A model generated the notes under the pieces. The model searched no databases. It was given only the letters and a program-made list of their open reading frames with translations, and had not been told where the DNA came from. Below are positions 27,401 to 35,176 of a DNA stretch of 43,412 nt, one piece after another. Position 1 is the stretch's first letter. Each line of letters starts with the position of its first letter. Source of the stretch: a virus (Duplodnaviria > Heunggongvirae > Uroviricota > Caudoviricetes). Position numbers and translations under genes: made by a program. The stretch spans positions 1-43,412 of the IMG/VR virus record IMGVR_UViG_3300048854_000273, one strand, 5' to 3'.

Positions 27401-27629
27401 TCGCGAAGTCTTTGGCCTCAATCACCGCGCCGTTGCGGGAAATCACGTTGTCGTCAGCGATTCCTGCCGGCAGATAAGTCGCGAGGGTCTTGCGCTTCTT
27501 CCACGCCCACTGCTCTACCACCACGCTCGTGAGTGGCTCAAAAGGGTTGGTCACCCGCCGGACAGTGACGTGTCGGGGTGCCTTTTTGACGTGTGCTTTA
27601 CGCTTGCCCTTCGTCTGCGCAATATTCAT
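21438..27629 (-). CDS. Central tail tip/host-specificity protein (lambda I-J-like fusion, ~2063 aa)
   Basis: N-terminal I-like region with Gly/Ala hydrophobic stretch, SYG..G..NTS.EG..VPV.YG, J-like core, FN3-like domains, coiled-coil repeats, YTVKIDNNGYVAGYGL; first ATG at 27629. Confidence 0.88.
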   Translation of the reverse strand: MNIAQTKGKRKAHVKKAPRHVTVRRVTNPFEPLTSVVVEQWAWKKRKTLATYLPAGIADDNVISRNGAVIEAKDFAKTFLDADDYVVICPIPRGASGAKGIFRMVAMLAIAVVAPYAASALVASVGGIGLAAAVGSAGLTAITGAVSVGLTIAGSLLVNALLPPAVASNSGGSIANSASYGADGAKNTSAEGIAVPVSYGSYRMAGNIIGLYTEQNTSGTDASNNGNNQILYMLINAGEGPIASITDVRINDRPADEYLDVTLQTRMGYGSQSPIDWFSTVITPVNRNVLLPSDGSYVNFTTVEECEQLRFDFACPSGLYSVNTKNGAFESNTVAIEIDYRQVGATDWIGMGPTSTSYREVSVAPVVNGTLNPYDYNGSLVITGLSITYADGSLNMTDADKAEATSRYGQFIGRAVSSWPVAQGGAATFVLATTNTTGNLTITDNLRATVRRSFTSPQVPLAKYEMRIRRNTNYTVETVNSYTNSINSTFPTDTSDNAESDTYISDINEITLDGVAYNNTALLAIRIQMDSQLSGVPTVTFQHGGKLINVISRNDGVTTVSTVSDSNPAWVWWDMATNPIYGAALNQARIDLDSVIAWAQYCDSAGLTWNGPLDQIQNFWDASALVFRVGHAQVIQVGTRYYIATEAPADPVMMFGMGNIVQGSFSLNWLGMKDRATEIDVTYFDETDYNKQKTVKVQDTTAALTAESQNVSAITLYGVTTIERAYMEGAFQLNLNRYLTQTAQFDAPVEAIACTPGDVILVQHDMPAWAYSGRLDAGSTASSLVLDKPVTMEAGKSYKLLLLTNYVVRYSGVTQSVLSNFIQVRGGLNLSTRATRIRGGNGAEAGITTVVPDGVYVDDATGFVAGDTCTFYDTDVVTDAVVNTVAGDSTVVTLQSPLTYVPDQFTNYMFGESTKVRKPFRVKSITLSSSSMNRTIQALEYNEAVYDLSSYSGVASTLTPPALDPSQAAIGEVQDLTVYEETYVQGTQILTQVRASWSLPITGSYSGADVYVQINGGAFTLAAPVPASPSYVVANAKTGDLVAVKVVAYDLWNKRASYDLAPTASHTVVGQPGSLTVAPVTGADYIWSGQDCKLFWNYNSVTSSFEFGSEPNGADGGTRDPHFLDYEIQVYDENGVLLRTEHTTDNGYDYTYEKNFADGLHRRLSFHVMVRDIFNNKGNPAVIDAYNPPPQIVSVNATPAYDRVQIDFTTTGDPDYAGTSIYLAWSGDVDNTVSIDPAQLAYDGPDTSVLLTNLMFNSDYQFMLAPYDAFGKSDLIPSAAFTFHTPYMDVNAIADGVLSGSQLVPGLQTRIDLIDAPDSIVGSVNARLKDAAANATTTAIAAAAVAAAQADAAVQAAMTAALTTAISNEASTRQSATDSLSSQVNTVSANTDANGTAIRTEQTARSNADGALGTRIDTVVATNAANAAAISTETSARVNADGALSTRIDTVTASTATNAAAITSETTARTTADSALGSRIDTVSASTAANAAAVSTEQTARTAADSALGTRIDTVSATTAANTAAITTESTARSGADGALSTRIDSVVAANASNTALVQSEQTARTTADTALGARIDVVAASNGANTSAIQTETNARVAADSAISSRVDTVVASFGNDPTNLVANPVGTNGTTGWSAVAVLAKTNADVPVSAPAANVFEQNVRDNFFSGRTVDVSPGQQHYVEVSAATPVSNAAQFAVGLKLMTASGATTWITAATLAATSSWTRVYGYVTIPAGYTQAQFWTQINITATSDANRWYFTDAEWRPASLTQPVQAAVTAETNARATADTALSSRIDTLSASLGTANALIQTEQTTRAAADASSASLISTLQSTVGSNTASIQAQSSSINGLSAQYTVKIDNNGYVAGYGLASTSVNGVTTSEFAVRTDTFSVNLPGYAGVHPFTIGAVYGVPQVIISSALIGDASIDNAKIGNAQITSAKIGNAQINTAHIAEAQIDTLRIGANAVTTGVPWSASADRNGTGFTYTSTGNPVVIVYGMTSANTTGDTVSLRLDGNGLSSIVLSGGQTIFGLWSGTMTAGNHTVSFAGAWSGNKTVSINVLEFKR
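22787..23525 (-). repeat. Eight 32-aa (96-bp) E-x-x-AR-x-x-AD-x-AL-x-x-RID repeats in the tail tip protein (two more after the CBM-like insert)
   Basis: Counted in the translation from EASTRQSATD to ETNARVAAD; the last copy is partial. Confidence 0.8.
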
Positions 27630-27996
27630 AGAAGCCGACAATCCGATTTTTCCAGTGCTCTAGCCGCTCGATCACCACCCCACCCGACTGCTGCCAGGTA
27701 TGGATGAACCTATAGTCAGTTTTGACTATCCCAACATGCGTAATAAAGCGCCCTGTCTTGAACATCACTATCGAGCCGGTTTTCGGCTGTTCGAGACGCT
27801 TCCAGAAGAACGCGGAACCGACCATCAGCGCCTGAATTGCCCCCTGATCTGCCGGTGCGCCGTAGTCGGGCACCAAAATGCCCGAATCGCGCTCGATGAT
27901 GTAGCGGCACAGGCCATAGCAGTCGAAACTTGCCGGGCCACGGCCACCACGCTCGAATGGAATGCCGATCAAGTCGGTATCTGTGAGATATTCCAT
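27598..27996 (-). CDS. NlpC/P60 tail tip protein (lambda K-like)
   Basis: IGIPFERGGR....FDCYGL...HVGI....FIH catalytic Cys/His pattern. Confidence 0.88.
   Translation of the reverse strand: MEYLTDTDLIGIPFERGGRGPASFDCYGLCRYIIERDSGILVPDYGAPADQGAIQALMVGSAFFWKRLEQPKTGSIVMFKTGRFITHVGIVKTDYRFIHTWQQSGGVVIERLEHWKNRIVGFYEYCADEGQA
27712..27729. promoter_or_regulatory. Palindromic motif copy 8 (perfect) inside the NlpC/P60 CDS, encoding IVKTDY
   Basis: ATA GTC AAA ACT GAC TAT in frame on the minus strand. Confidence 0.8.
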
Positions 27997-28012
27997 AGTC
28001 AGTTTTGACTGT
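27995..28012. promoter_or_regulatory. Palindromic motif copy 9 (ATAGTCAGTTTTGACTGT) overlapping the NlpC/P60 ATG
   Basis: 17/18 match; fills most of the 20-bp gap. Confidence 0.85.
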
Positions 28013-28016
28013 TATT

Positions 28017-28652
28017 CTACACGTAAAGAGAGCCTTGAGGCACCAGGTTCGGGCACCCACCGAAATTCACGACATTCTGATGTGCCCGGCACCCATTTGT
28101 GCCGTCCAGCGTGTGATCGCAGGCGCCGATTGTTCCCGAGTAGCGGCAGGTGCTGGCGTCCCGGTAGATCCACTGGCAGAAGTCGCGCCGCTGAATGCGC
28201 TTGGGAAACTGGCGGTTCAACGCGTTCTCCGCGCCCAGCGTGAAGTTGACTTCGTAGTTTGCCGCGCTGGCGTTGATGACCTCGTAATATTCGGTGACTT
28301 CCGCGTCACCGCTCAGGTTGTTCGAGGCGAATACCGAAATGTTGATCTGGAAGCCGATGCCGCCCGCGTTCTCACTCATGCGCGCGAGCACTTCCTGGCT
28401 GTAGTCGAAGAAGTTCAGCGTCACACTTGGCACCCCGCCGAGTTCCGACTTCACTTCGAGCGAGAACTGGACCGCCTTATACGTGATGCCGTTGCGCACC
28501 ACGTCCTCGGTGTTGTTGGCGTAGTGCAGCGTCTCAACGATCTCACCCGTCGCGGTATCCGGCACGAGGATATCCAAGCAGGCCAGGTAGGCGGCCTCAC
28601 TGGATAGCCGGTTCTTTTCGATGACGCTCGCGACTGAAATCTTGTTGCTCAT
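28017..28652 (-). CDS. Minor tail protein L-like (C-terminal 4-Cys Fe-S motif)
   Basis: CQW-x7-C-x6-C-x7-C...FGGCP C-terminus; position after the distal tail protein. Confidence 0.82.
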   Translation of the reverse strand: MSNKISVASVIEKNRLSSEAAYLACLDILVPDTATGEIVETLHYANNTEDVVRNGITYKAVQFSLEVKSELGGVPSVTLNFFDYSQEVLARMSENAGGIGFQINISVFASNNLSGDAEVTEYYEVINASAANYEVNFTLGAENALNRQFPKRIQRRDFCQWIYRDASTCRYSGTIGACDHTLDGTNGCRAHQNVVNFGGCPNLVPQGSLYV

Positions 28653-29017
28653 TACGCCTCCTGGAGCTTGAATGAGACGTCATAGCGCCGTGCGAACCCA
28701 TAGCCGGTGTAGCTGAAGGCGAGCGTCGTATCGGTCGTAAAGCGCACCGCCTTCACCGTGTCGTCGGTCGGATTGGTCCAGTTGAAAATCACCGAGCCCC
28801 CGAACACCGAGTCGAAGAAATCCTGCAGGGTGTTCTTCTGGTCTTCGGTCAGGTTCGTGAAGCCGGACTGGTAGGTCTTGCGTGGCTTGCGGGTGTGACG
28901 CGGGCGCGTCACCACATAGCCACCTTCCATCGGCGAAGCCAATGCCTGGTTTTCTTGGGACACGCCGTATTTGGACGAGTCCTGGAGATCAGCAAAGGGA
29001 AAAGTCAGTGTCGTCAT
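28652..29017 (-). CDS. Distal tail protein (M/Dit-like)
   Basis: Directly after the TMP; LQDFF...GGSVIFNWTNP..V.F pattern. Confidence 0.75.
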   Translation of the reverse strand: MTTLTFPFADLQDSSKYGVSQENQALASPMEGGYVVTRPRHTRKPRKTYQSGFTNLTEDQKNTLQDFFDSVFGGSVIFNWTNPTDDTVKAVRFTTDTTLAFSYTGYGFARRYDVSFKLQEA

Positions 29018-32000
29018 TGAATTGCGCTTTTCATGCCGTCGCGGAACGAACCCGGCTGCTGAACGCCCGACAACACCACATCGAGGATCATCTGCCGACC
29101 GTCAAAGCGAGGCTGGTTCTGAGTAGCCGAGACCTGCTGGCCAGTCTGGTTGATGACGTTGACCGTCACCGAAGGGGTGGACGAGCCGGTGCTGCTCGAA
29201 TCGGAACTCGAGGACGAACCACTGATCGTCACGGGGATGGAGCGGCCGTCCGGCAGCGGCACGTAGGCTTCAGCCATCGAGCCTTCACCGTAGAGGGCGA
29301 GCTGCGGGCTATCGGCGACGCCACCGTTCGCGTATTTGCGAAGCTGCACGGCGCCGGCGGAAGTCATAATTCCGCCGTTTGCGAATGCCGATGGCATCGT
29401 GAAGCCGTAGGTGTTCGAGCCAACGCCTGCCGCACTGGCGATCGAGCTGCTGCTGCCGCTAATCATGGAGCTGACCGAACTGAACACACCGCCCAGAGCG
29501 CTCGAGCCGTTGCCACCCGCAATCGTTGCAAGTGCTTGCGCGGCATACAGTGCGGCATTCGCGAGCGCACCCAAGGACGTCGTAGCAGCCCCCTGAACAT
29601 TGCCACTGGTGATCAGCTGCGTGACTTGCGTGCCGAGCGCATTGGTGGTCTGCTGCACGCCTTGAGTCGAAAGCGTCGAGAAGCTGGACTTCAGGATATC
29701 GGCGTTGCCCGTTACCCCCTGGAGTGCCTTGCTCACCGCGCTTGCGCCAGCGTCACCCGCGACCGAGGCACCGGTCGCCGTCGAGGCATTCGGGAAAACG
29801 AGTTTGCTGATTCCACTCGTGAGCGCATCCAGGCCTGTCTTCAGGGGCGCCGAGAAGGTCTCCTGCAGTTTGACCTTCAGCACGTCGAGCGCCATGCTCT
29901 CGGCGAGCTCACTGATATTTGCCTTTCCGGTCTTGACGAAGGTCATGAACGTGTCGATCACGCTGTTCGCCCAGCTCGCTTCCGCGTCTTGCATCTCCTT
30001 GAGCGTGTCGTTCCACGTCTCAACCAGACCGTCCATCGGTGTGCGCAACAGCCGCGCACGTTCGGCAGTTGCGACCTGGAGGTGCTGATTGAACGCCTGC
30101 TCTGCCTGCAGTTGCAGGTCGAGCCCACGCTTGCGCTCCGCGGCGGCCTGTTCCGGCGTCGTCGCCGAATTGACGGCAGCGTCCGTATTGGACTGCAGCG
30201 TCGTCATGTCGAGCCGATACTGGTCCTGGTCCTTGGACGCCTGCGTGTCGAATGCGGCCGTCTTGCGCTGGGAGTCAAATGGCAGCAGTGACTGCAGCGT
30301 CTGGTCGTCCTTGCTCTTGAAGCTGGAGGCGAAGTTGATCAGATCGGCGCCGGCGCGGTTCTGCAACGCCTCGTTCTTGCGGGCGTTCCATTCACTCCAA
30401 GCTTTGGTGCCCGTGCCAAGACGTTCTTCGGCGCGCGCCAGCTCGCGCTCGAGCGCCGTCATTTCGCGGGTCTGCTTCGCGGAGCCGTTGTCGGCCGCGT
30501 TGCTCATTGCCTCTTTGAGGTCGTTCTCAGTCGAGGCAAGCCGCTCATTCGCGAACGTGACCGCCTTCGTCTGCTCCTCGACCTGCTTGAGCTGCGCCAT
30601 CTTGTCGATGGTTGCTTGGACAGTCGGGTCGGTCACGTCCAGCGAACCATCAGCGTTCTTCCACTGCCGGTTGCGAGGGTCGTGTGCCTTGTCGAAGTCG
30701 CCGCCCTGCCACTTTGCGGTGAATTCCGTCAGTGCGTCCGAGCGAAGCGCGTCCATGCCCTTCGGCTGGCGTGCGGTCAGTGCGTTCAGGCTCGACTGAT
30801 CGACCTGCAGTTTCGAGGCGATCTGTTCCTGGAACTTGACGAACGGGTCTTCGAATTCCCGCTTCGGTCGTGCGGTGCCCGCGGCGAGCTTTTGTGCGTC
30901 GGTGTCATCAAGCTCCAAGCCGCCACGTTTCGGCTGCACCGGCGCTGGCTGGTTCTGCGCTGCAAGGCTTGCGTTACGGTTCGCTTCGCGCTGGTCGCTC
31001 GTCGGGTCATTGAAGGCGGTTTCGCGGGCCAGGCGCGCGGCGTCAGCTGCCTGAACACGTGCTGCGTCCGCTGCCGCCCTTGCATTGGGTGCGCCCGAAG
31101 TCGTGCCGTGTGCATTCGTGTCGAACCTCGGGACGAAGCCTGACTTGGCCGGCGCAGAATTCGAGCCATCACTCTTGCCCGAGTCGTCAAAGAGCTTCCA
31201 GCTCTTGATATCGGCAAACTTCCGCTTGAGGTCTGACCAGAATTTGGTTGCCTTGTCCTGCAACGTGTCGAACCAGTTCTGGAACCAGTCCTCGACCTTG
31301 TGACCGCCAATCTCCAGTCCGCCCACCAGCTTGGTCAGATCCCATGCGACGAGCAGCCATCCCACGTATGGGACCGCGCGCAGGAACAACTTGCCGGCAG
31401 ACGTGACGAAGAGACTGACGCTTGCAAGGAGACCCTCAAGTGCAGTCGTGGTCGTGGCTGCTGCCGCGGCCGTTGCGGCGCCGAGTGCTGCCGGCGCTTC
31501 GGCGACGCCTGCAAGTGTGCGGATTGCCGTGATGACGCCGCCCACCATGCCTGTGAGCTTGGTGAAGCCGGAGAACGCAAGAACAACACCAGCGACGGCT
31601 GCCGCGAGCGTGTTCATTTGCACCAGTGCGGGGTTCTCGCTACCGATGCGCTTGAACCACTGGAACAGGTCGTTGATGCCCTGGATCAGGGCCGTGACCT
31701 GCGGCAGCACCGAATTGCCGATCATCGTGCTCAGGTCCGTGAGGTTCGCTTTGAACTCCTTCACGGCGCCCGAATACTGCTTCATCAACTGGTCGTTGAT
31801 CTCGTCAACACCCTTTGAGCCCTTGACGGTGTTGCGCTGCACGTTGATCCGGTCAGCAGATGCCGGGTCCATCGCGGTCGACATGGCCTGCGACGCGGTC
31901 GTCGTGACGCCGAGACCAACCAGCACCTTGGCAATGGCGACACCCTGCGCCTGCGGGTCGTTAATGTCCTTGCCCTGGTAATACTTGCCCTGGTTCTGCT

Positions 32001-33780
32001 TTTGCTGGGTAAATGACAGGAGCTCGTCATAGTGCTTCTGGAGCCACTTGACCGGGTCTTCTGCTGCCAGGTCGCCGTCCACCAGGCCTGCGTGTTTAGA
32101 CTGGAAGCGAACGTCCTTCGCCGAGCCTGAAAAATCGATGGCGCCCGTATTGAGCAGCCCCGAGCCGGCAAAAATCTGCACGGCTTGGTCCGTCATCTGT
32201 TTGCCCAGCGCGTATTGCTGGAACATTTTGTAGGCCGTGCCCACGCGTGACACGCCCGCACCCCCACCACCTTCGCCGCCGGCGACCTTGAACTGGTCGA
32301 CCACGGACATAAGGTTGATCAGGCCGTCATCGGACAGGCGCGCGGCGCCCGTTCCCATCTGACGCAACACCGTTTCCGCGTCCTGGATCTGGACCTTGCC
32401 GCCAGTCGCCGTCGAGACCTGCTGAAGCAGATTGAACGTGCGCTTGGCCGCTTCGGGGTCGTTGACCTGCTGGCGCGTTTCCACCACCCCGTAGAGGTTG
32501 CGGATCGTCGATTGCATGTCGCCGTGGGCCATACCCAACGACTGCAGGTTGTTCGCCGCGCGCACCGCCGTCTGAAGCGTCGCGTCAATCACACCGACAT
32601 TGTTCTCGCCTACCGAGGCGATCGCTGACATGCGCGACTTCACCGCATCCAGTTGCGAGAGAAACTGATTCGTCTTGGTGAGATCGAACGCCTTATCGAA
32701 GAACTCCTGGGTCTGTCCGCCGGGCAGGTTCAGCGACTCCACGATCGTGCGCTGCTGCTGCATTTCTGCCGCGTCACCCACGCTTGCCTTCAGACCGTTC
32801 TCGATCTTCAGGGCGGCCCACATCTGGGCCATCCCTTTGAGCGAGTCCGTCAGCGCGTCGGACTGCCCGCGCACGGTGTTCATGTTGCGACCGGCAGCCA
32901 GCATCTGGTTGGTCTGCGAGGCCGTGACGCCGGTGTTGGCCTGCGTCGCGCGCGTAAGCGCTTCGGTGGACACCGTGTTCTTGTCCGTGGAGACGGCAAG
33001 ATTGTTGTTTGCCTTGACGAGCTGAACCACCGTGCCGGCGAGCTTGCCGATCGTGGTCTCAAGCGAGGTGATCGCTTTCGTCAATGCCGCGTTCGACTGT
33101 GTCGCCTTGGTAGCGGCCGCCGACTGCGTGTTCTTGGCGCCCGCGGCTTTCGTTGCGGAAGCAGCGAGCTGGTTGTTCGCGAGTGCAGCCTTCATGGCTG
33201 CGCTGGGCGCCTGCAGAAGGGCCGCCACGGTCTTGTTGCTCGACGAGGCAACCGATGCACTCGCCGCGTTCATCTGGGCCGCTGACGAGGCTGCAGTCGC
33301 GGCAGTGTCGGCCAGGCTCGTGCGGGCGCGCAGAAGCGCCGGCACCGTCTTGTCGTATCCGGCAGCCAGGCCGGTAGCGGCAACCGCCGCAGCTTCGGTG
33401 TTCTTTGCGGCGGGAGCAGCCGCATCACTCACGCCCGTGAGGGCCTTCTGTGCCTGCGCTGCAGATTCGGACGCCTTCGACAGACCCGTCGCAAGGTTCG
33501 AGACTGCTTCGGCCGTTGCGGCCACGGTCTTGCCAAGAGGGCTGATGGAGGCATCAGCCGCGCCGGCATTCTTGGAGAAATCGCCCATCTTCTGGGCGAT
33601 CCCCTGCATCGTTGAGGCGAGATCCTGCAGCGGCGCATCTACGCCTGCCGCAGTCGATTGAAGCCCTTTCAGTCCCGCATTGAGCGAATCGGATTGCTCC
33701 TTTGCCCGTTGCGTCTTGAGGGTGAAGCCGTTGTCGTCCAGTGTGAGGACAACCTTGATCTCGCCGCCGATACCACTCAT
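29014..33780 (-). CDS. Tail tape measure protein (1588 aa)
   Basis: Very long Ala-rich helical ORF after the chaperone G/GT; hydrophobic central segment; C-terminal FANGG...GEGSMAEAYVP motif. Confidence 0.92.
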   Translation of the reverse strand: MSGIGGEIKVVLTLDDNGFTLKTQRAKEQSDSLNAGLKGLQSTAAGVDAPLQDLASTMQGIAQKMGDFSKNAGAADASISPLGKTVAATAEAVSNLATGLSKASESAAQAQKALTGVSDAAAPAAKNTEAAAVAATGLAAGYDKTVPALLRARTSLADTAATAASSAAQMNAASASVASSSNKTVAALLQAPSAAMKAALANNQLAASATKAAGAKNTQSAAATKATQSNAALTKAITSLETTIGKLAGTVVQLVKANNNLAVSTDKNTVSTEALTRATQANTGVTASQTNQMLAAGRNMNTVRGQSDALTDSLKGMAQMWAALKIENGLKASVGDAAEMQQQRTIVESLNLPGGQTQEFFDKAFDLTKTNQFLSQLDAVKSRMSAIASVGENNVGVIDATLQTAVRAANNLQSLGMAHGDMQSTIRNLYGVVETRQQVNDPEAAKRTFNLLQQVSTATGGKVQIQDAETVLRQMGTGAARLSDDGLINLMSVVDQFKVAGGEGGGGAGVSRVGTAYKMFQQYALGKQMTDQAVQIFAGSGLLNTGAIDFSGSAKDVRFQSKHAGLVDGDLAAEDPVKWLQKHYDELLSFTQQKQNQGKYYQGKDINDPQAQGVAIAKVLVGLGVTTTASQAMSTAMDPASADRINVQRNTVKGSKGVDEINDQLMKQYSGAVKEFKANLTDLSTMIGNSVLPQVTALIQGINDLFQWFKRIGSENPALVQMNTLAAAVAGVVLAFSGFTKLTGMVGGVITAIRTLAGVAEAPAALGAATAAAAATTTTALEGLLASVSLFVTSAGKLFLRAVPYVGWLLVAWDLTKLVGGLEIGGHKVEDWFQNWFDTLQDKATKFWSDLKRKFADIKSWKLFDDSGKSDGSNSAPAKSGFVPRFDTNAHGTTSGAPNARAAADAARVQAADAARLARETAFNDPTSDQREANRNASLAAQNQPAPVQPKRGGLELDDTDAQKLAAGTARPKREFEDPFVKFQEQIASKLQVDQSSLNALTARQPKGMDALRSDALTEFTAKWQGGDFDKAHDPRNRQWKNADGSLDVTDPTVQATIDKMAQLKQVEEQTKAVTFANERLASTENDLKEAMSNAADNGSAKQTREMTALERELARAEERLGTGTKAWSEWNARKNEALQNRAGADLINFASSFKSKDDQTLQSLLPFDSQRKTAAFDTQASKDQDQYRLDMTTLQSNTDAAVNSATTPEQAAAERKRGLDLQLQAEQAFNQHLQVATAERARLLRTPMDGLVETWNDTLKEMQDAEASWANSVIDTFMTFVKTGKANISELAESMALDVLKVKLQETFSAPLKTGLDALTSGISKLVFPNASTATGASVAGDAGASAVSKALQGVTGNADILKSSFSTLSTQGVQQTTNALGTQVTQLITSGNVQGAATTSLGALANAALYAAQALATIAGGNGSSALGGVFSSVSSMISGSSSSIASAAGVGSNTYGFTMPSAFANGGIMTSAGAVQLRKYANGGVADSPQLALYGEGSMAEAYVPLPDGRSIPVTISGSSSSSDSSSTGSSTPSVTVNVINQTGQQVSATQNQPRFDGRQMILDVVLSGVQQPGSFRDGMKSAIQ

Positions 33781-34484
33781 TTAAGCCCTCGACCCAATAG
33801 TCTGTTCAGCCATGCCTTTCAGTAAGTCGATGCCTCCCTCGTCTCGCTGTGCGCTTTCTTCCATGACCGACTTCGAGGTCATCTTCGCCACGTTGCCCAC
33901 CTCAACCACCAGCCTGCGCCGGTAATCGGTGGCCATCTCGCCGCTCCGGGAGCAAGCAGAGACCGTGAGAGCACGCATGTCCTTCTGCGCGCTGATCCGA
34001 TCGACGTTTTCGTGGAACAACCAGAAACGTTTCATCGTCCAGCCGAGGATTCGGTCGTCGTCGTAGCCGTAAAAGTGGGCGACCCGGCAAAAGAGGAACC
34101 CGAAATCGAGCTCCTCAAGTGCCGGCTTGCTCAGTTTCCCGAGGCGGCCTCGCCGTCCGTTTCAGCAGTCGCCTGTGCGGCCGCTTCAGCCTTCTCGACG
34201 TCTTCCCCGCGAATGAAGGCCGTGATCGCGTTCAGTTGCGAGAGGGAGAGCTTGCGAAGCACCATGGATTCGGCGCTCGGGATGCAGCGCGCGACCATGT
34301 CAACGGCGGCCTCAATCTGGTCGGCCACCGTCGCTTCCGGGTTCGCTGCCAGCTTGTCGGCCATGCGACTCGTTTCCACGAAGTTCTCGACCGTCATTTC
34401 CGGCACGGCATAGCTCACGCCACCGATGACGACTTCGCGTGCGTTGCCTGCCGACAGTGCATCCAGATTCAGAATCTTTGCCAT
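33781..34484 (-). CDS. Tail assembly chaperone GT (-1 frameshift extension of G)
   Basis: The -1 frame from GGGAAAC is open (KLSKPALEELDFGFLFCRVAHFYGYDDDRILGWT) and runs into the 33781-34035 ORF. Confidence 0.85.
34131..34484 (-). CDS. Tail assembly chaperone G (117 aa from MAKIL)
   Basis: AGGAG RBS 7 nt upstream of ATG 34484; lies between tube and TMP; ends at the slippery site. Confidence 0.85.
   Translation of the reverse strand: MAKILNLDALSAGNAREVVIGGVSYAVPEMTVENFVETSRMADKLAANPEATVADQIEAAVDMVARCIPSAESMVLRKLSLSQLNAITAFIRGEDVEKAEAAAQATAETDGEAASGN
34134..34140 (-). other. -1 programmed ribosomal frameshift site G GGA AAC
   Basis: X XXY YYZ heptamer immediately before the TGA of chaperone G. 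Confidence 0.88.
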
Positions 34485-34501
34485 GTGCATACTCCTGGGA
34501 G

Positions 34502-34530
34502 TGAGACAGCCCCGCTTGTCTCAGCGGGGC
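34502..34530 (-). terminator. Hairpin GCCCCGCT-GAGACA-AGCGGGGC with an alternative pairing TGAGACA/TGTCTCA
   Basis: Interleaved inverted repeats between tube stop and chaperone RBS. Confidence 0.55.
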
Positions 34531-34536
34531 TTTAAG

Positions 34537-34554
34537 ATAGTCAGTTTTGACTGT
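34537..34554. promoter_or_regulatory. Palindromic motif copy 10 (ATAGTCAGTTTTGACTGT) overlapping -10 TATCTT (34534-34539)
   Basis: 8 bp after the tail tube stop. Confidence 0.85.
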
Positions 34555-34562
34555 ATTGACGC

Positions 34563-35096
34563 TTACGGCGTTGTGGGTGGCGTAGGTGCCGTGCCGACGC
34601 GGAACAGCTTCTGCGTGACCGGGTCCGGGTAGCCGGTAAAGTCCACGCTGTAGACGCGTTCCTTCTCGACGTCGTAGGAGAAGTCGAGCGCGCCGGCCGT
34701 TGCCGCCAGCGGAATCACGAAGTCTTCCGAGTAGTCGTCGGCCGCTTTCGCGATCGGGTGCAGGCGCAGCTCCTTCGCGATCGACAGCAGGTCGGTGCCG
34801 ATGCCCACGCTCACGTCCACGCTCTTGGCCTGGGTGGTCGCGTCGGTCGTCAGGGTCGCGCCCGGCATGATGTTCACCATGTTTTCCAGCGTCGTTTCCG
34901 CGAGCGGCACCTTCACCGTCACGTCGCGCTGCATGATGATTTCGTTGATAGTGGTCTTGCCGAACTGATCGACGTTGACCTTGTGGGTGTCGGTTTTCAC
35001 GGTCACCTGGACGCCGCCCTGGGTGTAGCCCAGATCAACGCCGTCGAAGAAGACCGAGCAGACACCCAACTTCACATTCTTGGTATCGCTTGCCAC
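34563..35096 (-). CDS. Major tail tube protein (177 aa, GTG start)
   Basis: AAGGAG RBS; DLGYTQGGV.V...VDQFG...V..PLAE..L.N tube motif. Confidence 0.85.
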   Translation of the reverse strand: MASDTKNVKLGVCSVFFDGVDLGYTQGGVQVTVKTDTHKVNVDQFGKTTINEIIMQRDVTVKVPLAETTLENMVNIMPGATLTTDATTQAKSVDVSVGIGTDLLSIAKELRLHPIAKAADDYSEDFVIPLAATAGALDFSYDVEKERVYSVDFTGYPDPVTQKLFRVGTAPTPPTTP

Positions 35097-35124
35097 TCTA
35101 AACTCCTTTGCAAAGAGGTTTCGG

Positions 35125-35159
35125 ATAGTCAATTTTGACTATCGCGCGAGTCTACCACA
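35125..35159 (-). promoter_or_regulatory. Extended -10 TGTGGTAGACT (35149-35159) with motif copy 11 (35125-35142, ATAGTCAATTTTGACTAT) at about +1 to +18
   Basis: Extends to the 20-bp palindrome GATAGTCAA-TT-TTGACTATC. Confidence 0.75.
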
Positions 35160-35176
35160 GAGACCCTGGCGAGTCA

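Noticed and set aside
28882-30291. Long plus-strand ORFs (for example 28882-30291, 2139-3314, 23136-24437, 38434-39372, 11380-12192)
   Set aside because: Antisense shadows of GC3-rich minus-strand genes; no RBS, no recognisable motifs, low-complexity translations.
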